A stretch of 63,664 nt of DNA, the filler included, from Nitrospirota bacterium (GTDB lineage Bacteria > JACPQY01): the NCBI GenBank assembly GCA_016180645.1. It is 3 parts of 3 records of this genome, joined end to end, with 100 filler letters (N's around TTAATTAATTAA, not from the genome) between each part and the next. Parts side by side here need not be neighbours in the genome. Positions count along the whole stretch, not along the records: positions 36,498 to 63,664 come from JACPAV010000042.1; 2 more parts are not named here. The stretch is one strand, 5' to 3'. This document shows positions 39,362 through 50,700 of the stretch, piece after piece; position 1 is the stretch's first letter, and each line of letters starts with the position of its first letter. Made by a program: the position numbers and the translations under genes. The notes under the pieces are model-generated. The model searched no databases. It was not told the DNA's origin and worked only from the letters and a program-made list of their open reading frames with translations.

Positions 39362-41317
39362 TCATTTTACCTTCGGCGGCGCGGAATGCAATTTCCGGAC
39401 GTTTCCTTCGCGGCGGGTCAATCGGATGCGGTCGAAATATTCGAGGAGGGGGATGGCGTGTTTTCGGGTGACGCCCGCCAGATCCTTCAGATCGGCGGGG
39501 GACATGGCCGGGTGGGTGTCAAAGAAGCGAATAAGCTTGAGACGGAGTGTTTCGATCGCCTCCCGATGGAAATAGAGATCGGGGGCGACGCGGACAACCT
39601 GCGCCTGATTCTCAAGGAGCTGAAGGATTCGTGAGACACCGGTGGCATGGAGGAAATCCTCCGCTTCCTTGACGGATGGGGGAGCGGACGAGGCCTCCAT
39701 GAAAAGATTGAGGACGCGGACACGCAGGTCTTCGTCCTTCTTCTGGGTTCCAAGCTGGAACCGGCCTGAAGCGACTCGATCCTCCGCAATGCGTATGGCG
39801 CCGGACGCCGTTTCTTCCTCCAGTATGGCATTCAAGAGGGGTTCCTCCACTCGAAGGCGCTGACGAAGTTCTTCGCGCGAAATCCCTTTCTCGTAGGGTT
39901 TGTCCGCGTGAAACGCCGTAACATACTCATGGATCATCTTGCGGGTCTGCTCGTAAATCTCTCTAAGAACGACTGTATCGTTTCGAAGGAGTACCACTGC
40001 TCCGTCGGCCTGAACCGCCTTCACATGCTCACGCAAGGTTGTCAGCGAGATTCCGGTTCGTTTGGACAGATCGCCCAGCGTCCGGTGCCGGCCATGTAGA
40101 GAAAGGAAGGGGGCAATGGAGTTCGCGGCCGAAGCGCGGCCCAGGAGGGAAAGGGGCTCGGCCTTGTCGCGGTATCGACGCTTTGCAGCCAGGGGATCCA
40201 GGAGCTTGCCTCCCCCAATCGTTCGTTGATAGCCGGTGGTTCCGAGGAGGACGAATCGATCTCCCCATGCGCCTACGGCCGGCCTGTCCAGAACAAGCGT
40301 GGCCGGCGTTTCTTCTCCCGCCGCCAGCTCCTTGTGATTGTGCAGGAGGATGCGGGCGTTTGAGAAGAACGTCCTCAGGTGGAGGGTGGCTTGAGTCTGG
40401 GTCCGGATGGGGTGGGGCAGGGGTGAGGTGGCTTGGAGGAGGACATCCATGCGTGCCGACGGTTCGAAGGCACCCGACGTAGCGAGCAAGTCGCCCCGGG
40501 CCACATCTTCCTTCCGGATCCCCTGGAGATTCACCGCCACTCGTTGGCCGGCCAGCGCCTCTTCAACAGCATTCTTGTGGCTCTGGAGCGCACGCACGCG
40601 CACGGGTGCGCGACGAGGAGTCGAATCCTGGAGCGAAAATAGATCGATCTCCTCGCCGGTCCGGACCCGGCCGGAGGCGACGGTGCCCGTGACGACGGTG
40701 CCGAACCCTTGCATCACGAACACGCGGTCGATGGGGAGCCGGAAAAGATCGCTCGCGGAACTGTGGGGGCCGATGTCGCGGGCCATTTCATCGATGGTTG
40801 ATTTCAGCTCCGCGAGGCCCGTGCCCGTGCGCGCCGAAGTGCGGATGATTGGGGCGTGTTCCAGGGGGGTACCCTTCGAAAGATCCCGTACCTCGGATTC
40901 GACGAGGTGGAGCAGCTCCTTGTCGGCGAGGTCCGATTTCGTGATGACGATGATCCCGCGAGGGATTTCGAGCAGTCGGCAGATGTCGAGGTGCTCGCGC
41001 GTTTGCGGCTTTACGCCCTCGTCGGCGGCCACGATGAGGAGAACGACATCGATGCCTCCCACGCCCGCCAGCATGTTCCGGATGAAGTCCTCGTGGCCCG
41101 GGACGTCGACGATGGCGCAGTGGGTTCCCGATTCAAGATCGAGGTAGGCGAAGCCGATGTCGGTGGTGATGCCGCGCTCCTTTTCCTCCTTCAGGCGGTC
41201 CGGATTGGTTCCGGTGAGGGCCTTGACGAGTTCGGTTTTGCCGTGGTCGATGTGACCGGCGGTGCCGACGGTGATGTGACGGGAAGGGGAAGGGGGCCGG
41301 CTCGATGCGGTGCCCAC
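39362..41317 (-). CDS. selB: Selenocysteine-specific elongation factor
   Basis: [29 protein letters not shown]-terminal winged helices ending [13 protein letters not shown]. Confidence 0.95.
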   Translation of the reverse strand: MGTASSRPPSPSRHITVGTAGHIDHGKTELVKALTGTNPDRLKEEKERGITTDIGFAYLDLESGTHCAIVDVPGHEDFIRNMLAGVGGIDVVLLIVAADEGVKPQTREHLDICRLLEIPRGIIVITKSDLADKELLHLVESEVRDLSKGTPLEHAPIIRTSARTGTGLAELKSTIDEMARDIGPHSSASDLFRLPIDRVFVMQGFGTVVTGTVASGRVRTGEEIDLFSLQDSTPRRAPVRVRALQSHKNAVEEALAGQRVAVNLQGIRKEDVARGDLLATSGAFEPSARMDVLLQATSPLPHPIRTQTQATLHLRTFFSNARILLHNHKELAAGEETPATLVLDRPAVGAWGDRFVLLGTTGYQRTIGGGKLLDPLAAKRRYRDKAEPLSLLGRASAANSIAPFLSLHGRHRTLGDLSKRTGISLTTLREHVKAVQADGAVVLLRNDTVVLREIYEQTRKMIHEYVTAFHADKPYEKGISREELRQRLRVEEPLLNAILEEETASGAIRIAEDRVASGRFQLGTQKKDEDLRVRVLNLFMEASSAPPSVKEAEDFLHATGVSRILQLLENQAQVVRVAPDLYFHREAIETLRLKLIRFFDTHPAMSPADLKDLAGVTRKHAIPLLEYFDRIRLTRREGNVRKLHSAPPKVK

Positions 41318-41334
41318 GGGTGGGCCCGGGGCCG

Positions 41335-41538
41335 CTACGCCGCCGTGGGCGCGCCGGTGAGATGCCGGTTGAGTTTGAGGCAGACCATGCAGATTTTCGC
41401 CTTGATCGACTTGCCGGCTTTCATGATCCGCACGGCACGAAGATTGGGCATGAACACGCGGTGAGTCTTGTTGTTGGCGTGACTCACGTTGTGCCCGAAG
41501 ATCTTCTTCTTTCCGCAGAAATCGCACTGTCTGGCCAT
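41335..41538 (-). CDS. rpmB: 50S ribosomal protein L28 (zinc-ribbon type)
   Basis: [34 protein letters not shown]. Confidence 0.96.
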   Translation of the reverse strand: MARQCDFCGKKKIFGHNVSHANNKTHRVFMPNLRAVRIMKAGKSIKAKICMVCLKLNRHLTGAPTAA

Positions 41539-41628
41539 GGGGCGGGAATCTAGCATGAAACTGCAGGCACGGCAAGATCGAATGAGAGCTTGAGGAATGT
41601 TTCCGATCGGGGTACGCTTCCGTCAGGC

Positions 41629-42579
41629 ATGAGAACGCGAACGCTGTACCTCATGGGGGGAATTCTGTTGACGCTCTCCTGCGAAGCCATCGACGGCGAC
41701 AGCCCGCCGTACACCGCCGTGTTCTGCGCGCCCTCCGAGCTCGCTACGGTGGCGGGGGTGATTGCGAAAGCCATGGTATCGGGACGCGGCGTGTTCGACC
41801 TCAATCCGACGGAGGACGGGGCGTCCTCTGCCCAGATTCCGGATGTGCCCGCCGGGGCGGCCGACGTGAGGCTGGTGTTCTACAAGGGAGATCTTCCCAT
41901 CGCCGAATCGACTCGAACCCTGAAGCTTTCCTCAGCGCAGTCGGTCGTGGTTCGAGTGGAGTCGTGCAAGGTTCAGTTTCCCGATTCCGACGGCGATGGG
42001 ATTTCCAATCTGGATGAGGTTCTGCTTTCCGGAATTGACGCAGCCCTACTCGGGAGTAGTTCCGCGCCGTCCGGTGGGAAAACGGCTTGGGGATCCAAGG
42101 GGGACTGTCCATCCTCGACCAAGGACTGTTTTTCGGCCGCCTTCACCGCAGATGGAAGAACACGATCCTTCACCCACGAGATGAGTTCCATCGAGGGTTA
42201 CTGGAACGAGAGCTCCTACCTGGATTCGAAGGGTCAAGTGGAGGGGAAATGCGGGTACGTTCGCGCTGACTTCCAAACGGATCCCGACGTCGACTCTGAG
42301 GTTTATGCCCTTCACTTCGAGGCCAATCTTAACCAGGAGACCTGTCCATCGGTGGGCAACATAAGCGGGCCCGGGGAGGTCCAGCTCCAGCGATACGTCG
42401 CCCAAGTTCAACTCTTTGAGAAGCTCGGAGTAGGGGGCATCGATTCGGCGTTGGCCCAGGGGCGCCTGGTCGTCAAGGAGATGGGGTCCGTCATCGGTGG
42501 CGTCTTTTCCGGCACTTTTGAAGCGAAACTACCGCGCAAGAGCGTGGAGGGCTCCTTCCGGTTCACCCGCCGCAATTGA
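41629..42579 (+). CDS. Hypothetical lipoprotein with a Ca-binding-like DxDGDG motif
   Basis: Lipobox LTLSC; PDSDGDGISNLDE. Confidence 0.7.
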   Translation: MRTRTLYLMGGILLTLSCEAIDGDSPPYTAVFCAPSELATVAGVIAKAMVSGRGVFDLNPTEDGASSAQIPDVPAGAADVRLVFYKGDLPIAESTRTLKLSSAQSVVVRVESCKVQFPDSDGDGISNLDEVLLSGIDAALLGSSSAPSGGKTAWGSKGDCPSSTKDCFSAAFTADGRTRSFTHEMSSIEGYWNESSYLDSKGQVEGKCGYVRADFQTDPDVDSEVYALHFEANLNQETCPSVGNISGPGEVQLQRYVAQVQLFEKLGVGGIDSALAQGRLVVKEMGSVIGGVFSGTFEAKLPRKSVEGSFRFTRRN

Positions 42580-42618
42580 CGGGTGCGTCATGGGACGCAG
42601 GCTAAAGCCTGCGGCTAC
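42578..42618. repeat. GTAG REP (inverted), same family as 39209 and 58693
   Basis: ACGGGTGCGTCATGGGACGCAGGCTAAAGCCTGCGGCTAC. Confidence 0.75.
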
Positions 42619-42680
42619 CGGGCCAGTCGACATTTTCAGACCGCGCCTGGCAACTCGCCGCATCCCGCATCCGCCTCAAT

Positions 42681-42724
42681 TTGACAAATGGGGTCTTCAC
42701 CATATAATATACTACTCTATTATA
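42681..42724 (+). promoter_or_regulatory. padR promoter with overlapping palindrome
   Basis: TTGACA-N16-TATAAT; TATAATA-N8-TATTATA inverted repeat at 42703-42724. Confidence 0.7.
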
Positions 42725-42728
42725 ATAT

Positions 42729-43313
42729 ATGGCCCTCAAACATCTCATCCTGGCGCGGCTCATGCGCCGTCCCGCCCACGGCTATGAGCTGCACCACGAG
42801 CCCCTTCAGCCGCTCCACCCCGATTTTGGAGTAACCGAGGCGCACATCTACGCGTCCCTCCGATCCTTGGAGAAGAACGGCTACGTGCGGCATCGATCCG
42901 TCCGCCGGGGGAAATTCCCGCAGCGCATGAGCTACAGCATCACGTCCAAAGGCAGGAAGTACCTGCGTGTCTGGGCCAAGGGCCTCCAGGAGGAGCCACC
43001 CGAGGCGGTCTTTGGCCGTTCTCTTTGGCATCCCTTGGGCGCACGCCTTTCTGTTCTGCTGACGTTGGGATCGAAGCCATCGCCGGAAACCCTTCGTTCC
43101 GCTGTCCTAGCTGCGCAAAATCGGATCCGGCAATACCGATCTCTCCTGGCTGTTCGCCGTTCCGTTCACCCGTCCACGCGGATCCTCCTGCTTGGCGGCT
43201 TGGCCTTGGAGAAGGCCGGCCTATCGTGGTTGAGGACGGTCCACGGGGAGGGTGGGCTTCGCGGGCGATCGCACTCGCGGACCCCGTCACGGCCAAAGAA
43301 GCGGCGGAGTTGA
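42729..43313 (+). CDS. PadR family transcriptional regulator
   Basis: LKHLILARL...HGYEL, IYASLRSLEKNG, YSITSKGR. Confidence 0.9.
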   Translation: MALKHLILARLMRRPAHGYELHHEPLQPLHPDFGVTEAHIYASLRSLEKNGYVRHRSVRRGKFPQRMSYSITSKGRKYLRVWAKGLQEEPPEAVFGRSLWHPLGARLSVLLTLGSKPSPETLRSAVLAAQNRIRQYRSLLAVRRSVHPSTRILLLGGLALEKAGLSWLRTVHGEGGLRGRSHSRTPSRPKKRRS

Positions 43314-43337
43314 CAAGCTTCATATACCGCGTATAAT
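43310..43337 (+). promoter_or_regulatory. Consensus sigma70 promoter of the recombinase gene
   Basis: TTGACA-N16-TATAAT. Confidence 0.7.
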
Positions 43338-43375
43338 GGCTGTTTCATACGGTACATGAGCATTCCGGAGCGAAG

Positions 43376-44302
43376 GTGAAAGTCACTGCGGCTATTGAGG
43401 AGTTCCTGGACTACGTCCAAGTCGAGCGTGGTCTGAGCGCCACCACCCTGAAGAACTACCGCCGCTGGCTGGAGCATTTACAACTATGGCTCAAGCAGAA
43501 GGGTCCGGGTGATATCGAAATCAAGGATCTGAGGAGTGATGTCATCTGGAAGTACCGGCTCTATCTCGCCGGTCGGCCGAGGGCCAACAAGCCGGGAGCC
43601 TTGTCGCGCACAAGCCAAAGGTACTTCTTGATTGCTTTGCGCACAATGCTTCGATACCTGACCAAACGCGGCGTCGCGGTGTTGGGTCCGGAGCAGATCG
43701 ATCTTCCCAAACCGGCACCGAGGCAGATCAAGTTCCTGGATGATCGCTCCGTAGAGCGATTGCTTGCTGCTCCCAAGGTCGAGACGCGGCAGGGACTGCG
43801 AGACCGTGCGCTTTGTGAGGTGATGTTTTCCACGGGACTTCGGGTGTCCGAACTGTCCGGATTGGATCGAGACCGGGTGAATGTGAGCGACGGTGAATTC
43901 TCGGTAACCGGGAAAGGCGGCCGGACGCGGGTGGTATTTCTATCGGAAGAGGCTCGTCAATGGCTCACGAAATACCTGAAGGCGCGGAAAGACGATGGGA
44001 AGGCTCTTTTCGTAACCGCCAGGGGAAAGCCCGGATCTCGCCGATGGGCGAAGCGGTTATCGATCCGGGCCATCCAGGACCTCATCAAGCATTATTGCCG
44101 GTTGGCGGGAATCACTCTGCCCGCCAGTCCTCACACGCTCAGGCACAGTTTCGCAACGGATCTTCTGAGCCACGGTGCCGATTTGAGGTCGGTGCAGGAA
44201 CTGTTGGGCCACAAGAACGTGGCGACGACGCAGATCTACACCCATCTGACGAATCCGCAGTTGCGCGACGTTCACCGGCGATTCCATCGCGGCGGGCGGT
44301 AG
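43376..44302 (+). CDS. XerC/XerD-like tyrosine recombinase
   Basis: Intact R (TGLRVSE), K (GKGG), HxxR (PHTLRH), H (LLGH) and Y (TQIYTH); N-terminal SAM-like domain. Confidence 0.95.
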   Translation: MKVTAAIEEFLDYVQVERGLSATTLKNYRRWLEHLQLWLKQKGPGDIEIKDLRSDVIWKYRLYLAGRPRANKPGALSRTSQRYFLIALRTMLRYLTKRGVAVLGPEQIDLPKPAPRQIKFLDDRSVERLLAAPKVETRQGLRDRALCEVMFSTGLRVSELSGLDRDRVNVSDGEFSVTGKGGRTRVVFLSEEARQWLTKYLKARKDDGKALFVTARGKPGSRRWAKRLSIRAIQDLIKHYCRLAGITLPASPHTLRHSFATDLLSHGADLRSVQELLGHKNVATTQIYTHLTNPQLRDVHRRFHRGGR

Positions 44303-44384
44303 CCGGAAAATAAGTCAATATTCAAGATTGACCCCCTGCCCTATTCGCTCAGTATAGCACGCCCCGACCGGCCGAAAGTTTCCC

Positions 44385-44434
44385 ACGGAAGGCCGAGGAC
44401 GGGAACGGGGGTGAGGCGGTTGATGGTCGGGCCG
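44385..44434 (-). repeat. Direct-repeat copy of the 3' end of gene 44706-50936
   Basis: 46/50 nt identical to 44708-44757. Confidence 0.9.
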
Positions 44435-44436
44435 GC

Positions 44437-44520
44437 TTATGCCCGCTTCTTGGTTGGGATCAGGGCGATCACGCCCAAGATGAGCGTGACGAGAGACATG
44501 AAAACGAGTGCTTTTACCAT
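44437..44520 (-). CDS. 27-aa single-TM peptide (below the ORF-track cutoff)
   Basis: MVKALVFMSLVTLILGVIALIPTKKRA; ATG abuts the upstream stop; AAAGGCGG RBS-like sequence. Confidence 0.6.
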   Translation of the reverse strand: MVKALVFMSLVTLILGVIALIPTKKRA

Positions 44521-44706
44521 CTAGTCATCGCCGCCTTTTCTCCAGAAGTACCAACTGATCACGAAGAGAAGTATAACATTCACGAGTCCCACCGGCAAGA
44601 ACCACCATTTCCATTGTGGATTGGAGGCGAATCCGAAGATGAAAACTGCGAAGGCAACGGCGATCAGAGTCAGACAAAGCTTTGAGACCTCGCGGAACCA
44701 TTTCAT
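44521..44706 (-). CDS. 61-aa two-TM membrane protein
   Basis: Two hydrophobic helices; TAATG stop/start overlap with the giant gene. Confidence 0.7.
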   Translation of the reverse strand: MKWFREVSKLCLTLIAVAFAVFIFGFASNPQWKWWFLPVGLVNVILLFVISWYFWRKGGDD

Positions 44707-47700
44707 TACGGCAGGCCGACGACGGGAACGGGGGTGAGGCGGGTGATGGTCGTGCCGTCGCCAATTTGTCCTCTATAGTTCCACCCCCAGCATCGCGCGG
44801 TGCCATCGGCCACCACAGCGCAGGAGTGCCGTCCACCCGCGACCAACCCAACCGAATTGGACATATTCGAAACCTGCACCGGTGTGCTCTTGCCAGCCGT
44901 GGTTCCATCACCGAGTTGCCCGTTGCTGTTGTCTCCCCAGCACTTGACAGTGCCGTCCGCGAGCAACGCGCAGTTATGATCATGGTGCCCTATGACGGCA
45001 ACCGCGGCAGTGAGACTTGAGACAACGGTGGGCAAAGTTTTCCCGAGACCGCTGCCATCACCCAGCTTGCCTGCCGTGTTCTGCCCCCAGCACTTCACGA
45101 TACCGGTTGATAGAATGGAGCAGGTGTGCTGGTAGCTGGCGCTGATTCCCACCACGGCGGAAAGGCTTGCAACCGGGATTGGCGTGAGCCGTTGGATGGT
45201 CGTCCCGTCTCCGAGTTGTCCATTTACGTTCCAACCCCAACACATGACCGTGCCATCCGATTTGAGCCCGCAGGTGTGAGTATCTCCCGCAGAAATGCCA
45301 ACCAGTCCAGAGAGGGACGGCACGGCTGCAGGAGTCTTCTTGGTCGTCAGGGTCCCGTCACCAATTTGCCCATAGTTATTCGCCCCCCAGCACTTCGCGG
45401 TGCCATCGGAGATGACCGCGCAGACGTGACCCGAAACGATAGTTTCGTCTCCTCCACAGTCCATGGCGATGACGCCGGTTAGCGTGGATACTGCGGCCGG
45501 CGAGTACCGATTTGTCGTTGTTCCATCGCCAAGCTGTCCATTGTTGTTCTCGCCCCAACATCGTACCGTTCCATCAGACCCGAGCGCGCACGAATAGTAC
45601 GCGCCACCGCAAATCGCCGTTGATGACGAAAGGGAGCTTACTTGGACAGGCGTTGATCTGTTGCTGGTCGTGCCGTCTCCGAGCTGTCCGTCGGAATTCC
45701 CGCCCCAGCATTTTGCCGTCCCGTCCGAGAGAAGCGCACAGACATGGCCTTCTCCCTCGGCCAGGCCAAGTCTCCACGGGCGGCCCGGGCCGCCGCGGCC
45801 GGAGGAGGATTCGTGGAGGCGTGGGAGTTTCACGCCGAGGGGACCGCTGAGGTTGGTGACGGCGACCGGCACCATGGTTTCGTTTGTTGTACCGTCTCCG
45901 AGAAGCCCGACGGTGTTGTTTCCCCAGCACCTTGCTGTCCCATCTGAAAGAACAGTACATGCGTGAACGTCCCCTGCCGCGAGAGCGACGGCGCCGCTTA
46001 GGTTGGAGACCACCACCGGCGTACTCCTGTCTATTGTCGTCGCATCGCCAAGCTGACCAACATTGTTTTTGCCCCAACATTTCACAGTCCCATTTGAAAG
46101 GATAGAACAAGTAAAGGCACTGCCAGCCCAAATGTCTACCGCACCCGTTAGAGAGGATACGGGCACCGGTGTGATCTTGTCCACAGTCGTTCCGTCGCCC
46201 AATTGGCCATATGCGTTGTATCCCCAGCATTTCACGGTACCGTCCAAGATCAAGGAACAGGTGTATTGACTACCCCCCGCAATGGTGACAGCGCCGGTTA
46301 GACTCAACACGGCTACGGGCGTATTCCTATCTACTGTCGTTCCATCGCCCAACTGGCCAAGGTTGTTGAACCCCCAGCATTTCGCTGTGCCGTTCGAGAT
46401 AAGGGAACAAGCGTGGGCGTCTCCCCCCGTGACTGCGACGCCGCCAGACAACGTGGAAACGGCGACTGGTGTGGGTCTAGACGAGCCTAAGGAGTACAAC
46501 GACGTTCCGTCGCCAATTTGGCCGGTGAAATTGTATCCCCAGCATTTGACAGTACCGTCTGAAAGAAGCGCGCAGCTATGATTGCCCCCCCCCGCGACTG
46601 CCACGGCGCCGGATAGGCTGGACACGACTGCGGGCGTCGGCTTATCCGCCGTCGTGCCATCCCCGAGTTGGCCGGCACCGTTGGATCCCCAGCATTTTAC
46701 CGAGCCGTCCGACATTAGGCCACAGGTGTGGTGGATCCCTGCCGCAACGGCGATCGCACCGGACAGGGTGGACACAGCTAGCGGCATGTTTCTATCCAGC
46801 GTCGTACCGTCGCCTAATTGGCCATAGTCGTTCCAGCCCCAGCATTTGACGGTTCCGTCGGCGGCCAGCACGCAGGTGTGATCGCTACCTGCCGTGACGG
46901 CCTGGATGTTTCCACCGGTTGGGCCGCCACCACCGGAAGTTGTCGCGTTCGCTTCGTTGGAGAAGGCGGAGTTGTTGGCGCCGGTATAGGCGTAGACGCG
47001 GTAGAAGTATTGGGTGGAGGGGGTGAGGCCGGCGATGCTCATGGTAATTACGTTGGCGGAGGCGGGCCCAAGGTACGCGTACGATCCCCCTGCCCCGATT
47101 TTCTGGTCGACCTTGAAGCCGTCTTCGTTGGCGGAGTTGTCGGTCCAGCTCAGGTTGATCTGAGTGGACGAGACGGCAGTCGCGGTCAATCCGCTCGGCG
47201 CGGCGGGCGTGCAGACGCCGCCCTCGTCCGTGCTCCCGTCGCAGTTGTTGTCGATTCCGTCGCAGATTTCGATTCCTGGATTACCCACCGTGGCCGAGCA
47301 TTGAGTCGCCGTCCCATCGGCTTTGCACACGAAGGTCCCGGAAGACTGACACGCCCCCTGCCCTGCGGTGCAGGCTTGCCCCTTGTTGACGAAGTCCTCA
47401 TCGCTCGAAGCGTCGCAGTCGTTGTCGAGGTTGTCGCAAAGTTCAGCGCTAGGCGCCAGGCTCGAGGCGCAAACAAGAGAACCACTTGTGCAGGTTTGCG
47501 TGCCTGCCGCGCAAACGCCGGGCTGGGCCGTTGTGCAGCTTCCGCCGCCACTCACCCCATTGTCGATCGTTCCGTTGCAGTCATTGTCCAGCCCGTCGCA
47601 GAGTTCCGATGTCGGGAGGATTTCTCCGGTGCAGGTGCCCCAGAGGCCGCCGGAGCAGGTCTGGGAGCCGGTTTTGCAGGCACCGATCGTGTTCGTCCCG

Positions 47701-50700
47701 CTGGGACCGCTGTAACAGACTTGGGTGGTCCCATTCGTGCATTGACAGATCTCGTCGATCTTCCCGTTGCAGTCGTTGTCGATCCCGTCGCCGCAGACCT
47801 CGCTCGTCTGGGCCAGAGTTTGCACGCACACCAGAAGCCCCGACTGGCACTGTTGAGTCCCGCCCGAACAGATGCCGGTCTTAGTCGTGGAGCAGAAGGA
47901 CCCGCCCGTATTCTCGTCCACCTTTCCATCGCAGTTGTTGTCGAGGCCGTCGCACATTTCGGCGCCAGGCGCCAGGCTCGAGGCGCAAGCAAGAATTCCG
48001 GCGGAGCATTTCATCGTGCCGGCGGCGCACACGCCAAGGGCGGTAGTCGAGCAGGAGGAGCCGCCGAGCCCGTCGTCCACCTTCCCGTCGCAGTTGTTGT
48101 CGAGGTTGTCGCAGATTTCCACGTTCCCGGGGAACTTGGCCTTGTTGGCGTCGTCGCAGTCACCGGGCTTCGCGACGGCCACGTACCCGGCGGTCGGAGC
48201 GCAACCTTGAACAAATCCACCGTCCGTGTAGCCATCGCCGTCCGCGTCCTTGTAGCTGATGGCGCTTTGAGGAACGTCGTCCACCTTTCCGTTGCAGTCG
48301 TTGTCGGCCCCGTCGCAGACTTCAGTTCCTTTGGGAAAGGCTTTCGCGTTGGCATCGTCGCAATCGACTCCCGCCACGAATCCATCGCCGTCCTTGTCCT
48401 CGCCCACCTGGATCTCCGCCGTGGCCGTGCCGCTCCCTTTCTTGGGATCTTCAACCACGACGCTCAGGTTGTACTTGCCGCTCTCGGAAGGCGCCGTCCA
48501 TTCCGCCTGGGGATCATCGCCTTTGTAGCTCGTCGGCGCCTTCTTCTTTCCGGGATTCTCTTTCACCTTTTCCAACTTTCCACCGGATGCGACCCACGCG
48601 TAGCTCAGCTTGTCCCCGTCCGGATCAGAAGCCGTCACGCTCACCACGAGGCTCTCTCCCGGCGATGCGATCTTCTTGGGGATGGAAAGCTCTCCCACGG
48701 TGGGTGGGCTGTTGATGTCGATCGATTTGTCGACTACGACGCAGGCCCCGCAGGCCGCCGCCCCGCCCGTCTCGACCTCCTCATCCGCTTCCACGTCCGA
48801 TCCGCCGCCGCCCTTTGCGCTGATGCTGTGTTTCACTTTGACTTTCACTTTCTGTTTCGTCGGCGCGATCACGCAATACTTCCCGTTCGCATCCGTGGCC
48901 ACCATCTGGCTCCCCACGCGCACCGAGGCGCCGTTGACCGCCTTCCCCTTCTGATCGGTGATCGTGCCGCTCACGCAGGAGTCTCCAACCTCCATGACAA
49001 TGTCGGCGAGAACGCACTTGGTCTGTCCTCCGCCGCAGTTGCCGCCGCCCACGATCTTCACCTTCTGCGATTTCTTATGATTCTTGCTCTTCCCGCGATC
49101 GTAGTAGTTGAAGTTGAGGTCCACTTCCGCCGGCGCCGTCTCGAGACAGTAATTCCCGCCCTGATCGCTGGCGGCGTACGATGAGCCGGCCATGACGGAG
49201 GTGTTCTTGAGCAGGTTCCCGGCGTCATCCTCGATCTTGCCCCGCACACAGCCGACGTCGGCCTTTTTCACCTCGACGACTCCGATCTCCACCGGTGGGG
49301 CCGACACGCACTCACCCGGCCCGGGCGTAAAGCCCGGCACGGCGATCGTCTGCTTCGCGGGGGCAAATTTGAGGTAGGACTGGGGGTAGTACGCCGCCAT
49401 GGGATTCTGCGATATCGTGAGATCGACGGCGTCCGCCGCCGCGAGCGCCAGGCTGAACGCGCCCTTGTCGTCCGTCGTGGCAGAGGTTCCACCGCCATTG
49501 ACGACCGCGCCCGCCACCCCCTTGCCACCGGATTCCTGGACTTTCCCGCGCACTTCCCGGAGTTTTGGCGGCGCGATGAGGATATCGCCCACGTCCGTGC
49601 ACGCCTCCGACGGCGTCACGCACGTGGAAGCCGTGTCGGGCGCCGTCACGTCCTTCCGGGCCAGGATCTCCTTCATCTTGATCGTGCCCCAGCTCGGGTT
49701 GTCCACCCCCTGCCCGGCCTGGATCTCCAGGGTACCGTTTCGCATGACATCCAGACAGAACTTTCCGTCATCGCCCGTCGGGAGGATCTTCTTGTTTGAC
49801 CATCCGTAGGTGCCGTTGCAAAAAGCCGAGGGGTAACTCTTTCCTTGCGAACAGACGTGGAGGTTCTTGACCGCCTCCCCGCACGCGTCCACGATTCGGC
49901 CGCGCACGCAGTGATGGGTATCGACAGCCTGGTCCACGTTCCACCACGAGAAGTGCTTCGCCTTGAATTGCATGAACTGGACGCCGCTGTCCTCCACCAC
50001 GGAGGCCACGACCGGATTCCCCGCCTCGTCCAGCTCGGGGACCCACGTCCCGAGCGCCTCGTCGATGTACCAGACTTCGATGGAGTCGCCGATCACATAC
50101 GGCGCGCCGGTCTTGGGATTGAGGGACCCGGTGGGAATTTTGAGCTTCACGTCCGCGGGGCTGTTGAGCTTCGGGATGGCGTTGCCTGCTTCATCGCGAA
50201 GCGTGATGTTCGCGTACACCACCGAAGCGAGTTCGACCGATTCGCCCACGGTCTCGCCATTCGCCCGCTTCACTGCCCGTTTCGATGCGCCGCGGACGCC
50301 CCCGCGCACCCCGCCCCGAACGCCTTGGACGGCCACGAAGCCTCCGGGGAATTCGCTGGACGCTTCCCGCGGGTTGCCGACGACCACTTCCGCCTTAACG
50401 GGACCGCTGGTCCCCAACGCGGCGGCGGCATTCGGGATCTGGACGGAAATCGAATTGTCCGGCGCTTTCAGCTCGGCCGTGCCGGATTCGGAAATGGCCA
50501 GGGACTGAACAAATTGGACCGGCTGAACCGAAAGCGGAACTTGTTTCGTTCCCGCCGCCAGCTCCATCACCTGCGCTTGAGGGGCGTAACCGGCCATGTC
50601 CGCCACGACGGAGACGTTGCCCGAGGGCGACTCGACGGCGAAGTTCCCCTGCCCGTCCGTCGTGGCCGAAGCGATCTTGGTCGGGTCGTCGATGGACGTG

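Noticed and set aside
39362-41538. Selenoprotein or tRNA-Sec genes near selB
   Set aside because: No selA, selC or selD, and I saw no convincing in-frame TGA read-through.
44385-44757. DGR template/variable repeat pair at a gene 3' end
   Set aside because: The four mismatches are not adenine-specific on either strand, the repeat is only 50 bp, and no reverse transcriptase is in the window.
46818-49184. 788-aa plus-strand ORF and other long antisense or overlapping ORFs
   Set aside because: Shadow frames of GC-rich genes with no recognisable motifs.
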